Shown piece after piece: positions 24,272-32,000 of a stretch of 32,000 nt of DNA. How positions within the stretch are numbered: position 1 is the first letter of the stretch; every line of letters begins with the position of its first letter. Both the position numbers and the translations under genes were made by a program. This DNA is from Oscillatoria salina IIICB1 (lineage in GTDB: Bacteria > Cyanobacteriota > Cyanobacteriia > Cyanobacteriales > SIO1D9): assembly GCF_020144665.1 (NCBI RefSeq), contig NZ_JAAHBQ010000024.1:8784-40783 (forward strand), written 5' to 3'. The notes under the pieces are model-generated. The model was not told where the DNA came from and made no database searches. It saw only the letters and a program-made list of their open reading frames with translations.

Positions 24272-26578
24272 ATGGATACTGGAAACGAATATCAAACATT
24301 TAATTCTCGAAACGGCGGCAAATATCTCGATTCCGATAGTGGATCTCGCGAAATTTCCAGAATGCCTGTGGAAGCTACGCCAGAACAAACAATGGATTTG
24401 GCTTGGCTATTTGCCGTTTTGAGTCGCCGAGTTGGAGTAATGGCTTTAGCCGCAATCATCTTGAGTGCTATTTCTGGCAGTTTGATTGTTTGGAATTCTA
24501 AGCAAACTGAAGATACTTACAATGGTTCGTTTCAAGTGTTGGTAGAACCTGTAACGGCTGAGGGTCGCTTGTCCAAGCTGTCCTTGCTAGCACAAACAGG
24601 AACTTATACTCCACCAACAGAACTGACTAAGGTTGGCGTAGACCAAACTGACTTGATTGACTACCAAAGTCAAATTCGTGTTTTAACCAGTCCGAAACTG
24701 CTCAAACCAGTAATTGAAGAGTTAGAGAAACAATATCCCGATCTTACTTATGCTGACTTAATTCAGAACTTGCAAATTAGCCGTATTACCGCAGAAAAAG
24801 AAGGTAAAGAAATCGGCACGAAAATTTTACAGATTCAGTATCAAAACGAAGACCCTCAAAGAATCGTCTCGGTTTTGGAAACTCTCGAAGCAGCTTACTT
24901 AGGTTATTCGCGAGATGAGCGGCTTAGAAGCTTGCGTCAAGGAATTAAATTTATTGACGAGCAACTGCCAGAGTTGCGACAGCGCGTGGAAACTTTACAG
25001 GGACAATTGGAAAAATTGCGCCAGCAATACGATTTGAATTTTCCCGAACAAACAGCCAGAGATTTATCCGATCGAGCTTTGAGTATTAAGACTCAGAAGG
25101 TAGATACAAAGGCAAATTTGGAACAAGTCCAGGCAAGATATACTAATCTTGAGCAAGCAATCCAACAAGGAAATATCCTGTCAATTTTGTCTTTGAATCA
25201 AAGCACTTATCAAACTTTGCTCACTCAGTTACAGGTTGTCGAATCGCAAATTGCCCTTCAGTCAACTCAATTTCGCGAAGACAGTCCGCCAATGCAAGTT
25301 TTGCTGGAAAAACAGCAAAATTTACGTCGTTTGCTCACAGAAGAAGCTGAAGATGCTTTGGCAGGTATTGCAGTCCAGATTCAAGAATTACAAGCACGCG
25401 ATCGCTATCTGACTGCCAAAGAAAATGAGGTTCTCCAAAAGTTAGCACAATTCCCGACGGTTTTGCGGGAATATTCTGATGTACAACGAGAATTAGAAGT
25501 TGCTACCGAAAGCTTGAAGCAATTTTTAGAGAAACGGGAAGATTTGAACTTAGATGCTTCTCAGCAAGATGTACCTTGGGAAGTAATTTCTGAACCGGGA
25601 TTATGGATTGACCAGAATGGAGAATTAATTCCGGCTGCTAGTAAGAATACTAAACGGAAGTTAGCGATCGCGGTTATTCTCAGTACACTCCTTGGTGTCG
25701 GTATTGGTTTTATTGCTGAAATTCTCCACACTGTTTACCATAACCCGGATGAAGTTAAAGGTGGCACTAAGTTACCAGTTCTCGGTGCAATTCCTTACGC
25801 GAAAAAACTCAAACAATACGAGAAAAAATACGCTCAACTTGCCCGCAATCTCGATCCTAACGAAATTAATCCCTCGATTTATCCTCAACCAGAATTTACC
25901 GCAACTTTTTTAGAAGCTTTCCGCTCGTTATATACGAATATCTCTCTACTTGGCTCGAAAAACCGCCCCATTCGTTCCTTAGTAATTTGTTCTGCGGGAC
26001 CCGAAGACGGCAAATCCACTATCGCCCTCCAACTCGCCCATACTGCGGCTGCACTTGGTCAACGAGTTTTGTTGGTAGATACTGATTTACGTCGTCCCCG
26101 ACTTCACTTGCGCTTAGGTTTACCCAATTTGCGCGGACTCAGCGATGCGGTACAAAGCGATTTAAGCTTGAATGATGTAATTCAACAAGCACCTACTGAG
26201 AAAAACCTCTTTTTCTTAAGTGCAGGACAAACCGATCCCGATCCGATTAAAAGCCTTTCTTCGCAAAAGATGCAATATTTGATGGATCAATTTCAAGGCT
26301 TTTTCGATCTAGTGATTTATGATACTCCACCTCTTGTCGGTTTAGCTGATGCTCATATTCTCGCAGCTAATGCTGACGGAACTATTTTAGTAGTGCGGAT
26401 GGAGAAAACTGACCGTTCTTTACTCAAGAAAGGTTTAGAAGAACTCAGAATTTCTGGTGCATCTGTTTTGGGTATGGTAGCGAATGAAGTTAAGGGCTAT
26501 ACTCCTAGTTCTTACGCTGTTTATCACCGCAATTATCGCAATCGCCCTAATTTCCGGGAAGATGTTCCTACGGTATAA
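24272..26578 (+). CDS. Wzc-like polysaccharide co-polymerase / BY-tyrosine kinase
   Basis: Two TM segments flank a long coiled-coil periplasmic region (GumC/Wzz type). C-terminal kinase with Walker A 'SAGPEDGKST', 'VLLVDTDLRRP' and 'VIYDTPP'. Tyr-rich tail 'GYTPSSYAVYHRNYRN'. Confidence 0.85.
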   Translation: MDTGNEYQTFNSRNGGKYLDSDSGSREISRMPVEATPEQTMDLAWLFAVLSRRVGVMALAAIILSAISGSLIVWNSKQTEDTYNGSFQVLVEPVTAEGRLSKLSLLAQTGTYTPPTELTKVGVDQTDLIDYQSQIRVLTSPKLLKPVIEELEKQYPDLTYADLIQNLQISRITAEKEGKEIGTKILQIQYQNEDPQRIVSVLETLEAAYLGYSRDERLRSLRQGIKFIDEQLPELRQRVETLQGQLEKLRQQYDLNFPEQTARDLSDRALSIKTQKVDTKANLEQVQARYTNLEQAIQQGNILSILSLNQSTYQTLLTQLQVVESQIALQSTQFREDSPPMQVLLEKQQNLRRLLTEEAEDALAGIAVQIQELQARDRYLTAKENEVLQKLAQFPTVLREYSDVQRELEVATESLKQFLEKREDLNLDASQQDVPWEVISEPGLWIDQNGELIPAASKNTKRKLAIAVILSTLLGVGIGFIAEILHTVYHNPDEVKGGTKLPVLGAIPYAKKLKQYEKKYAQLARNLDPNEINPSIYPQPEFTATFLEAFRSLYTNISLLGSKNRPIRSLVICSAGPEDGKSTIALQLAHTAAALGQRVLLVDTDLRRPRLHLRLGLPNLRGLSDAVQSDLSLNDVIQQAPTEKNLFFLSAGQTDPDPIKSLSSQKMQYLMDQFQGFFDLVIYDTPPLVGLADAHILAANADGTILVVRMEKTDRSLLKKGLEELRISGASVLGMVANEVKGYTPSSYAVYHRNYRNRPNFREDVPTV

Positions 26579-26587
26579 ATAATCCGG

Positions 26588-26617
26588 TTGGATGTAGAGA
26601 GGTAGCTCTCTACACCA
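26588..26617. repeat. Hairpin TTGG-A-TGTAGAGAG-GTAG-CTCTCTACA-CCAA just after the wzc-like stop
   Basis: Read directly. The arms resemble the ends of the 12257-12286 palindrome. There is no U-tract, so it is more likely a dispersed element or RNA-stability hairpin than a classic terminator. Confidence 0.5.
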
Positions 26618-27230
26618 AATAATTGCATAAATGCGAAAATAACTAATAGCAAATAATTGAAAAATTAGCCCCAAAAAGTTATCCCGCCTAGCCACTAGAT
26701 ATAAGAGCAGCTTTGGGCGGGTAACTTAGAGAATGAATATAGATAACTATCTTGTTAATCCGAGTCAGTTACAAAGGTGAACAACTTTTCCTCAACAAAT
26801 CTTCTTTCTTTAGATACATCTACTTCGCCGATTCAGGCGATGATTATGGTAATAAACGCCGACACTACTTACAAACCTCTCGAATCTCCTGCTCTACTAA
26901 GTGAACTAACTATGGGCTAAAGTGAAGCGTTCAACCATCATTTTGCTGTAGACTCCAACCAGAAGCAGTTGGGGTGAATTCAGAGCCGCAGGCACAAGCT
27001 CTAATTCTAGTTTTCTTCCGAAGCAGGTGTACTTCGTTGTGCCTACTTTTAAGTTAGCAGAAGAGTTGGGGAATGTACCTGCTATTTACTAAGTTTTACA
27101 GTAGTTAATTTCTCTCAATATTTTCGTGAATAGTTGTTGAGTAGTCCTTGACAAAAAAATTTTTGAGTTTAAGAATAGCTTCATCCGTGTCAAGAAGTAG
27201 AGGTGCGGCTAAGTCGATTAAAATAAAGCT

Positions 27231-30167
27231 ATGGTCAAAACTACTTCTACTTCTAACCCTTCTACGGCGGGCGAAACACAGCCGCTACTGATTTTAGTTG
27301 ACGGTCACTCGTTGGCGTTTCGGAATTATTACGCTTTTGCGAACAGTCGCGATCGCGGTTTGCGGACGACTAGCGGAGTCCCTACGAGTGTGTGTTTTGG
27401 CTTTCTGCGGTCTTTGTTACAAGTAATGGAAGTCCAGCAACCGGAGTCAATGGCGATCGCGTTTGACTTGGGTTTACCAACTTTTCGTCACGAAGCGGAT
27501 GACACTTACAAAGCTGATAGACCAGGCACTCCGGAAGATTTTATCCCTGATTTAAAGAATTTACAACTTTTGCTGGCTGCTTTGCAAGTCCCAGTCGTGA
27601 CCTCTCCGGGCTACGAAGCTGACGACGTTTTAGCCACATTAGCCAAACAAGCTAGCGAAGCCGGGTATCGAGTCAAGATTGTAACTGGCGATCGGGATTT
27701 ATTTCAACTTGTCAATGACAAAAATCAGATTAGTGTTCTTTATTTAGACCGCAATTCTTTTGGTTATTCTTCCAGAGGTAATCTTAATGAATTTAACGAA
27801 GCAGAAGTCACGGAAAAGTTAGGTATTGAAGCCGATTTAGTAGTTGATTATAAAGCACTTTGCGGCGATAAATCAGATAATATTCCTGGTGTTAAAGGTA
27901 TTGGCGATAAAACCGCAATTCAGTTGCTTACTGAATATGGCAGTTTAGCAGAAATATATGAAAATTTAGACAAGATTAAAGGTGCAACTCAGAAAAAGTT
28001 AGCAGCAGGAAAAGAAGAGGCGGAACATTCGCGACATTTAGCCCAATTAAAATTTGATGCACCGATAGAAATAACTCTCGAAGATTGTCATTTACAAGGC
28101 TTCGATACCGCCGTCCTCAAACCTTTATTAGAAGAATTAGAACTGAAAACTTTTCTCGGACAAATTGATAAATTACAGCAACAATTCGGCGGAACACCCG
28201 AACCGGAAATCTTAGACGAAACTGAAGAAAGTTTTGAAGATGATGACCTCTTTTTCTGGAGTCCCGAAGAAACCGAAAAAGCTGAATTACCTGAAGAAGT
28301 TACTATCCAAACTCAAGTTATTGATACTCCCGAAAAACTCAACAAATTAGTTGAACAGTTAGCAACTTTTCAAGACAAAAATTTACCCGTCGCTTGGGAT
28401 ACAGAAACCTCAGATTTAGAACCAAGAGACGCAAAATTAGTCGGAATTGGTTGTTGCTGGGGAGAAAAATCAAACGAGGTTGCTTACATTCCGATTAATC
28501 ATAGCGAAGGAAATAATCTCGAACAAGATCGAGTTTTCACAGCCTTACGGACAATTTTAGAAAGTGAAACTTATCCGAAAGTTTTACACAATGCTAAATT
28601 TGACCGTTTAGTGTTATTAAATCAAGGGATAAAACTGGCGGGAGTTACCTTTGAAACAATGTTAGCCAGTTATTTATTGCAACCAGATAATAACCACAAT
28701 TTAAGCGATGTTGCAGAAAGATATTCTCTGGGAGTGAAACCGAAAAGATACGCGGATTTGAATATTCCTAAAGGTAAAAATATTGCCGATTTGGATATCA
28801 AAACTGTTGCTGATTATTGCGGTTTAGATGCTTATGCTACCTGGAGTTTAGTTCCGAAATTACGCGCAGAATTAACACAAATTCCTGAATTGCATCAATT
28901 GTTATTGGAGGTTGAACAACCTTTAGAACCAGTTTTGGCGATGATGGAACATACAGGAATTAGGATAAATCAAGCCAAATTGGAGAAGTTTTCGGAAAAG
29001 TTATCAGCAGATTTACAAACTTTAGAAGCTAGGGTTTATCAAGCAGCAGGAGAAGAATTTAATTTAGGTTCTCCGAAACAGTTAAGCGTAATTTTGTTTG
29101 ATGAAGATAAACTGAATTTAGACCGCAGAAAATCGCGCAAAACAAAGACAGGTTATTCGACAAACCACGCGGTTTTGGAAAAATTACAAGGATCTCATCC
29201 GATTATTGATGATATTTTAGAATATCGCACTTTGTCGAAATTAAAGTCAACTTATGTGGATGCTTTACCTGCATTAGTCCGCGAGGATACAGGAAGGGTT
29301 CATACTAATTTTAATCAAACTGTGACCGCAACGGGAAGGCTATCTTCTTCTAATCCAAATTTACAGAATATTCCCATTCGGACGGAGTTTTCGCGACAAA
29401 TTCGTCAAGCGTTTATCCCCGAATCAAATTGGTCATTAATTTCGGCTGATTATTCCCAAATTGAGTTACGAATTTTAGCGCATTTAAGTAAAGAACCAGT
29501 CTTAGTCGAAGCTTACCAAAATAGTCGCGATATTCATACAGTTACCGCGCAACTGTTGTTTGAAAAGGAAAATGTTACGTCTGACGAACGTCGTTTGGGA
29601 AAAACAATTAACTTTGGTGTAATTTACGGAATGGGTTCGTTTCGGTTTGCGCGAGAAACAGGAATTGACCCCAAATTGGGGAAGGAATTTATTGAGAAAT
29701 ATCGTTACAGATATCCGCGTATTTTTGAGTATTTAGAGGGAGTGAAAAAAGACGCGATCGCGCGAGGTTATGTAACCACAATTCATGGTCGTCGTCGCTA
29801 CTTTAACTTTACTAGCAGAAATTTGCAACAATTGCGGGGTCATAAACCAGAAGAAATTGACCTCGATAAACTGAAAAATATCGGTCAGTTTGACTCTCAA
29901 TTACTTCGCGCTGCGGCTAATGCGACGATCCAAGGTTCTAGCGCTGATATTATCAAAATTGCTATGGTCAATCTGCATCAAATTTTACAGAATTATCAAG
30001 CAAGATTACTGTTGCAAGTTCATGATGAATTAGTGTTAGAAGTTCCTCCGGAAGAGTCTTCAGAATTGCAGCCAAAAATTCGTGCGACAATGGAAAATGC
30101 AGTAGCTTTAACTGTACCTTTAGTGGTAGAAGTACGCGCAGGAGATAACTGGATGGAAGCAAAGTAA
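27231..30167 (+). CDS. polA: DNA polymerase I
   Basis: 978 aa. 5'-3' exonuclease N-terminus ('LLILVDGHSLAFRNYYAF', 'GDKSDNIPGVKGIGDKTA'), 3'-5' exonuclease region ('VAWDTETSDL'), and polymerase motifs 'DYSQIELRILAH', 'RRLGKTINFGVIYGM' and 'LLQVHDELVLE'. Confidence 0.97.
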   Translation: MVKTTSTSNPSTAGETQPLLILVDGHSLAFRNYYAFANSRDRGLRTTSGVPTSVCFGFLRSLLQVMEVQQPESMAIAFDLGLPTFRHEADDTYKADRPGTPEDFIPDLKNLQLLLAALQVPVVTSPGYEADDVLATLAKQASEAGYRVKIVTGDRDLFQLVNDKNQISVLYLDRNSFGYSSRGNLNEFNEAEVTEKLGIEADLVVDYKALCGDKSDNIPGVKGIGDKTAIQLLTEYGSLAEIYENLDKIKGATQKKLAAGKEEAEHSRHLAQLKFDAPIEITLEDCHLQGFDTAVLKPLLEELELKTFLGQIDKLQQQFGGTPEPEILDETEESFEDDDLFFWSPEETEKAELPEEVTIQTQVIDTPEKLNKLVEQLATFQDKNLPVAWDTETSDLEPRDAKLVGIGCCWGEKSNEVAYIPINHSEGNNLEQDRVFTALRTILESETYPKVLHNAKFDRLVLLNQGIKLAGVTFETMLASYLLQPDNNHNLSDVAERYSLGVKPKRYADLNIPKGKNIADLDIKTVADYCGLDAYATWSLVPKLRAELTQIPELHQLLLEVEQPLEPVLAMMEHTGIRINQAKLEKFSEKLSADLQTLEARVYQAAGEEFNLGSPKQLSVILFDEDKLNLDRRKSRKTKTGYSTNHAVLEKLQGSHPIIDDILEYRTLSKLKSTYVDALPALVREDTGRVHTNFNQTVTATGRLSSSNPNLQNIPIRTEFSRQIRQAFIPESNWSLISADYSQIELRILAHLSKEPVLVEAYQNSRDIHTVTAQLLFEKENVTSDERRLGKTINFGVIYGMGSFRFARETGIDPKLGKEFIEKYRYRYPRIFEYLEGVKKDAIARGYVTTIHGRRRYFNFTSRNLQQLRGHKPEEIDLDKLKNIGQFDSQLLRAAANATIQGSSADIIKIAMVNLHQILQNYQARLLLQVHDELVLEVPPEESSELQPKIRATMENAVALTVPLVVEVRAGDNWMEAK

Positions 30168-30211
30168 ACTAGGGTGTATTTTGGCTAATTTTTCCGGAGT
30201 TTATGTAAAAA

Positions 30212-30865
30212 ATGGACGTTTTTCTCTTTTATCTTTTTCCGATAATATTTGTTTTAATTTTTCTGGGAATCACGTATTTTTGGGAAGTAAGAAGAAGTAA
30301 GAAAATTCGCGCGATCGCGCAAAAATTAGGCTGGCAATTTCACCAAGATAATCGTAATAATATTTTACCGATTAATCCTCATTTTAGATTAACAGCAATT
30401 TGGTATAATAGACAAAATTTTCGCAATATTTTATTTTGTAGAATTAAAGGGAAAAATATCTATATCTTTGAAAATTATTACTACGCAAATAAAAGTAAAA
30501 ATTATCGGACTGGAGTATTAATTGAAGACTTACGCTTGCAATTACCAGATTTTTCTCTCGAACCAGATGCTTTATTTTTAAACAAATTTGGACAAAAATG
30601 GCGAAAAAGAAAAATATTTTTTGATAGCCATCCTCGTTTCTCAGAAAATTATTTACTCTTAGGAGAAGATGAAGATCGCATTCGTCAATTATTTAATGAA
30701 GCAGTGCTATTTTTCTACGAAACTCAGGGTCTTTTGTTAGGTATCCGTACAGAAGTGAGAGGAAAGCAATTTCTTGTCTATCGTCGAAATTATCGCTATC
30801 AACCAGAAGAAATGGAAAAGTTTCTAGCTGATTGTTTATGGATTTTTGAATTATTTGATTCGTAA
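30212..30865 (+). CDS. Hypothetical membrane-anchored protein
   Basis: 217-aa ORF with one N-terminal TM helix ('VFLFYLFPIIFVLIFLGITYFW'). No family recognised. Confidence 0.5.
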   Translation: MDVFLFYLFPIIFVLIFLGITYFWEVRRSKKIRAIAQKLGWQFHQDNRNNILPINPHFRLTAIWYNRQNFRNILFCRIKGKNIYIFENYYYANKSKNYRTGVLIEDLRLQLPDFSLEPDALFLNKFGQKWRKRKIFFDSHPRFSENYLLLGEDEDRIRQLFNEAVLFFYETQGLLLGIRTEVRGKQFLVYRRNYRYQPEEMEKFLADCLWIFELFDS

Positions 30866-30915
30866 GTAACACCGCCAATAATGTTATAATTATCTTAAAC
30901 TAGCTAATAAGAAAA

Positions 30916-31215
30916 ATGTCAGAAACACCAACAAGAAAACCCGAAAAAACTGTATATCCAGATCCAGAAATCATGGCGTATATGGAGCATCAAGCAAAAT
31001 TATTTGATTTGCAACGAGCCGAGTTACTAAATAAATATAGGGGAATGTATGTAGTTTTTGAAGATGGAGAGGTACTAGATTTTGATCGAGACGAAGTAGC
31101 TTTAGTAATACGAACTTATGAGAAAATGGGTAGGCGACCAATGTTTGTGCAAAAAGTGCTTCCTCAAGAACCACAACCTGTAGTTAGAACTCCTTATCGT
31201 CCTATGGAAACCTAA
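30916..31215 (+). CDS. Small hypothetical protein (DUF5678-like by memory), partner of the downstream protease
   Basis: 99 aa, with 'LLNKYRGMYVVFEDGEVLDFDRDEVALVIRTYEKMG'. It ends 5 nt before the next ORF. Confidence 0.5.
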   Translation: MSETPTRKPEKTVYPDPEIMAYMEHQAKLFDLQRAELLNKYRGMYVVFEDGEVLDFDRDEVALVIRTYEKMGRRPMFVQKVLPQEPQPVVRTPYRPMET

Positions 31216-31220
31216 TTACT

Positions 31221-31619
31221 GTGGGTATTTACAACTATACTTTTATCTCTCCGGAAATTCCAGCAATTCCTTTAATTAAGGTTCAATTATTTACACCGGG
31301 ACTCACACCAACCACAAAACTTGATTGTGAAGCTATTTTGGATACTGGGTCAGATTGTACTTTAATTCCTCTACCATTATTAGTGCAAGTAAATGCACAA
31401 ATTTCTGGTCGAGCGATTAACATTCCTGTAGGAGGTAGTAAAACTATTGGTATTCCTCATTATGTAGGAATGATTTTTGATAATAATAGTCATCCAGTTT
31501 TACGAGTTTTTGGTTGTCCAATTGACGATATTGGTGAAATAATTTTGATTGGTCGTGATTTAATGAATCAATATCGGATTGAGTTTGATGGCGTGAATCT
31601 TACCTTTACCATTTTTTGA
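31221..31619 (+). CDS. Retropepsin-like (clan AA) aspartic protease
   Basis: Catalytic 'ILDTGSDCTLIP' and 'IILIGRDLMNQY'. GTG start at 31221. Confidence 0.7.
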   Translation: MGIYNYTFISPEIPAIPLIKVQLFTPGLTPTTKLDCEAILDTGSDCTLIPLPLLVQVNAQISGRAINIPVGGSKTIGIPHYVGMIFDNNSHPVLRVFGCPIDDIGEIILIGRDLMNQYRIEFDGVNLTFTIF

Positions 31620-32000
31620 TGACAGAAACAAGTAATCCTCGTATTAATCCCCAAGCACTGTTCGATCTTTATTTTCGTCGAGAGTACGATCGCCTTTCAG
31701 AACAATTTCTCCAAGTTCTAAGTTACTTTGAGCGTCATACTCATTTTGAATTATTACCAGATATTTTGTATTTTGTCAATATATTTACCAAGAATTTTTT
31801 ATATTTATTCACACAACCAGATTATATATTGAGCGATCGCCACGTCCCTCGATTCATTCAACTTAACTTAACTATCTCTAACTTAGTCGCTATCTCCAGC
31901 TTAAAAAACACCGATTTTTACCTGGAAATTTTACGCAATCAGCCTCGTAACTTTGCTAAAATCTTAACTTTATACTCAGCACGTAACCAAGTAAAATTTG
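31619..32000 (+). CDS. 5' part of an unidentified ORF running off the window
   Basis: The ATG at 31619 overlaps the preceding TGA (ATGA). I translated 127 codons without a stop to the window end ('MTETSNPRINPQALFDLYFRREYDRLSEQFLQVLSYFERHTHFELLPDILYF...'). It is not in the supplied ORF track, presumably because it lacks a stop. Confidence 0.5.
   Translation, partial: MTETSNPRINPQALFDLYFRREYDRLSEQFLQVLSYFERHTHFELLPDILYFVNIFTKNFLYLFTQPDYILSDRHVPRFIQLNLTISNLVAISSLKNTDFYLEILRNQPRNFAKILTLYSARNQVKF

Overview
Cyanobacterial chromosome segment, judged from many HIP1 GCGATCGC octamers, STRR-like heptamer repeats and a CP12 gene. LEFT (1-7.4 kb): three same-strand signalling genes (a truncated REC/Hpt-like protein, a REC-LOV-like PAS-histidine kinase-REC hybrid, and a REC-PAS-class III cyclase). 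These are followed by a 31-unit in-phase heptamer repeat, a repeat-rich membrane J-domain protein and a small secreted WGxxGxxG-type protein. CENTRE (7.4-14.3 kb, accessory-looking): a vWA protein, a DUF433 protein and a TROVE+vWA (Ro60/Rsr-like) gene. Directly upstream of that gene on the same strand lies a ~2.3 kb, almost ORF-free stretch with seven copies of a conserved long-stem RNA module (Y-RNA-like). Their apical inserts differ: three normally ordered tRNA-like cloverleaves, two circularly permuted tRNA-likes with loop-capped acceptor stems (YrlA-type), one insert collinear with the 23S rRNA H69-H71 region, and one empty hairpin. A 159-aa ORF sits inside the array, a 66-aa ORF with a near-consensus promoter heads it, and an apparently solitary C5 DNA methyltransferase diverges from it. 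RIGHT (14.4-32 kb): CP12, a Wzx/Wzy-type exopolysaccharide cluster (glycoside hydrolase, acyltransferase, two GTs, flippase, polymerase, Wza-like and Wzc-like proteins), polA, and small genes including a retropepsin-like protease pair. The Rsr-like gene plus the diversified Y-RNA-like array is my main candidate for something not yet described. All family assignments come from reading motifs by eye; no searches were run.
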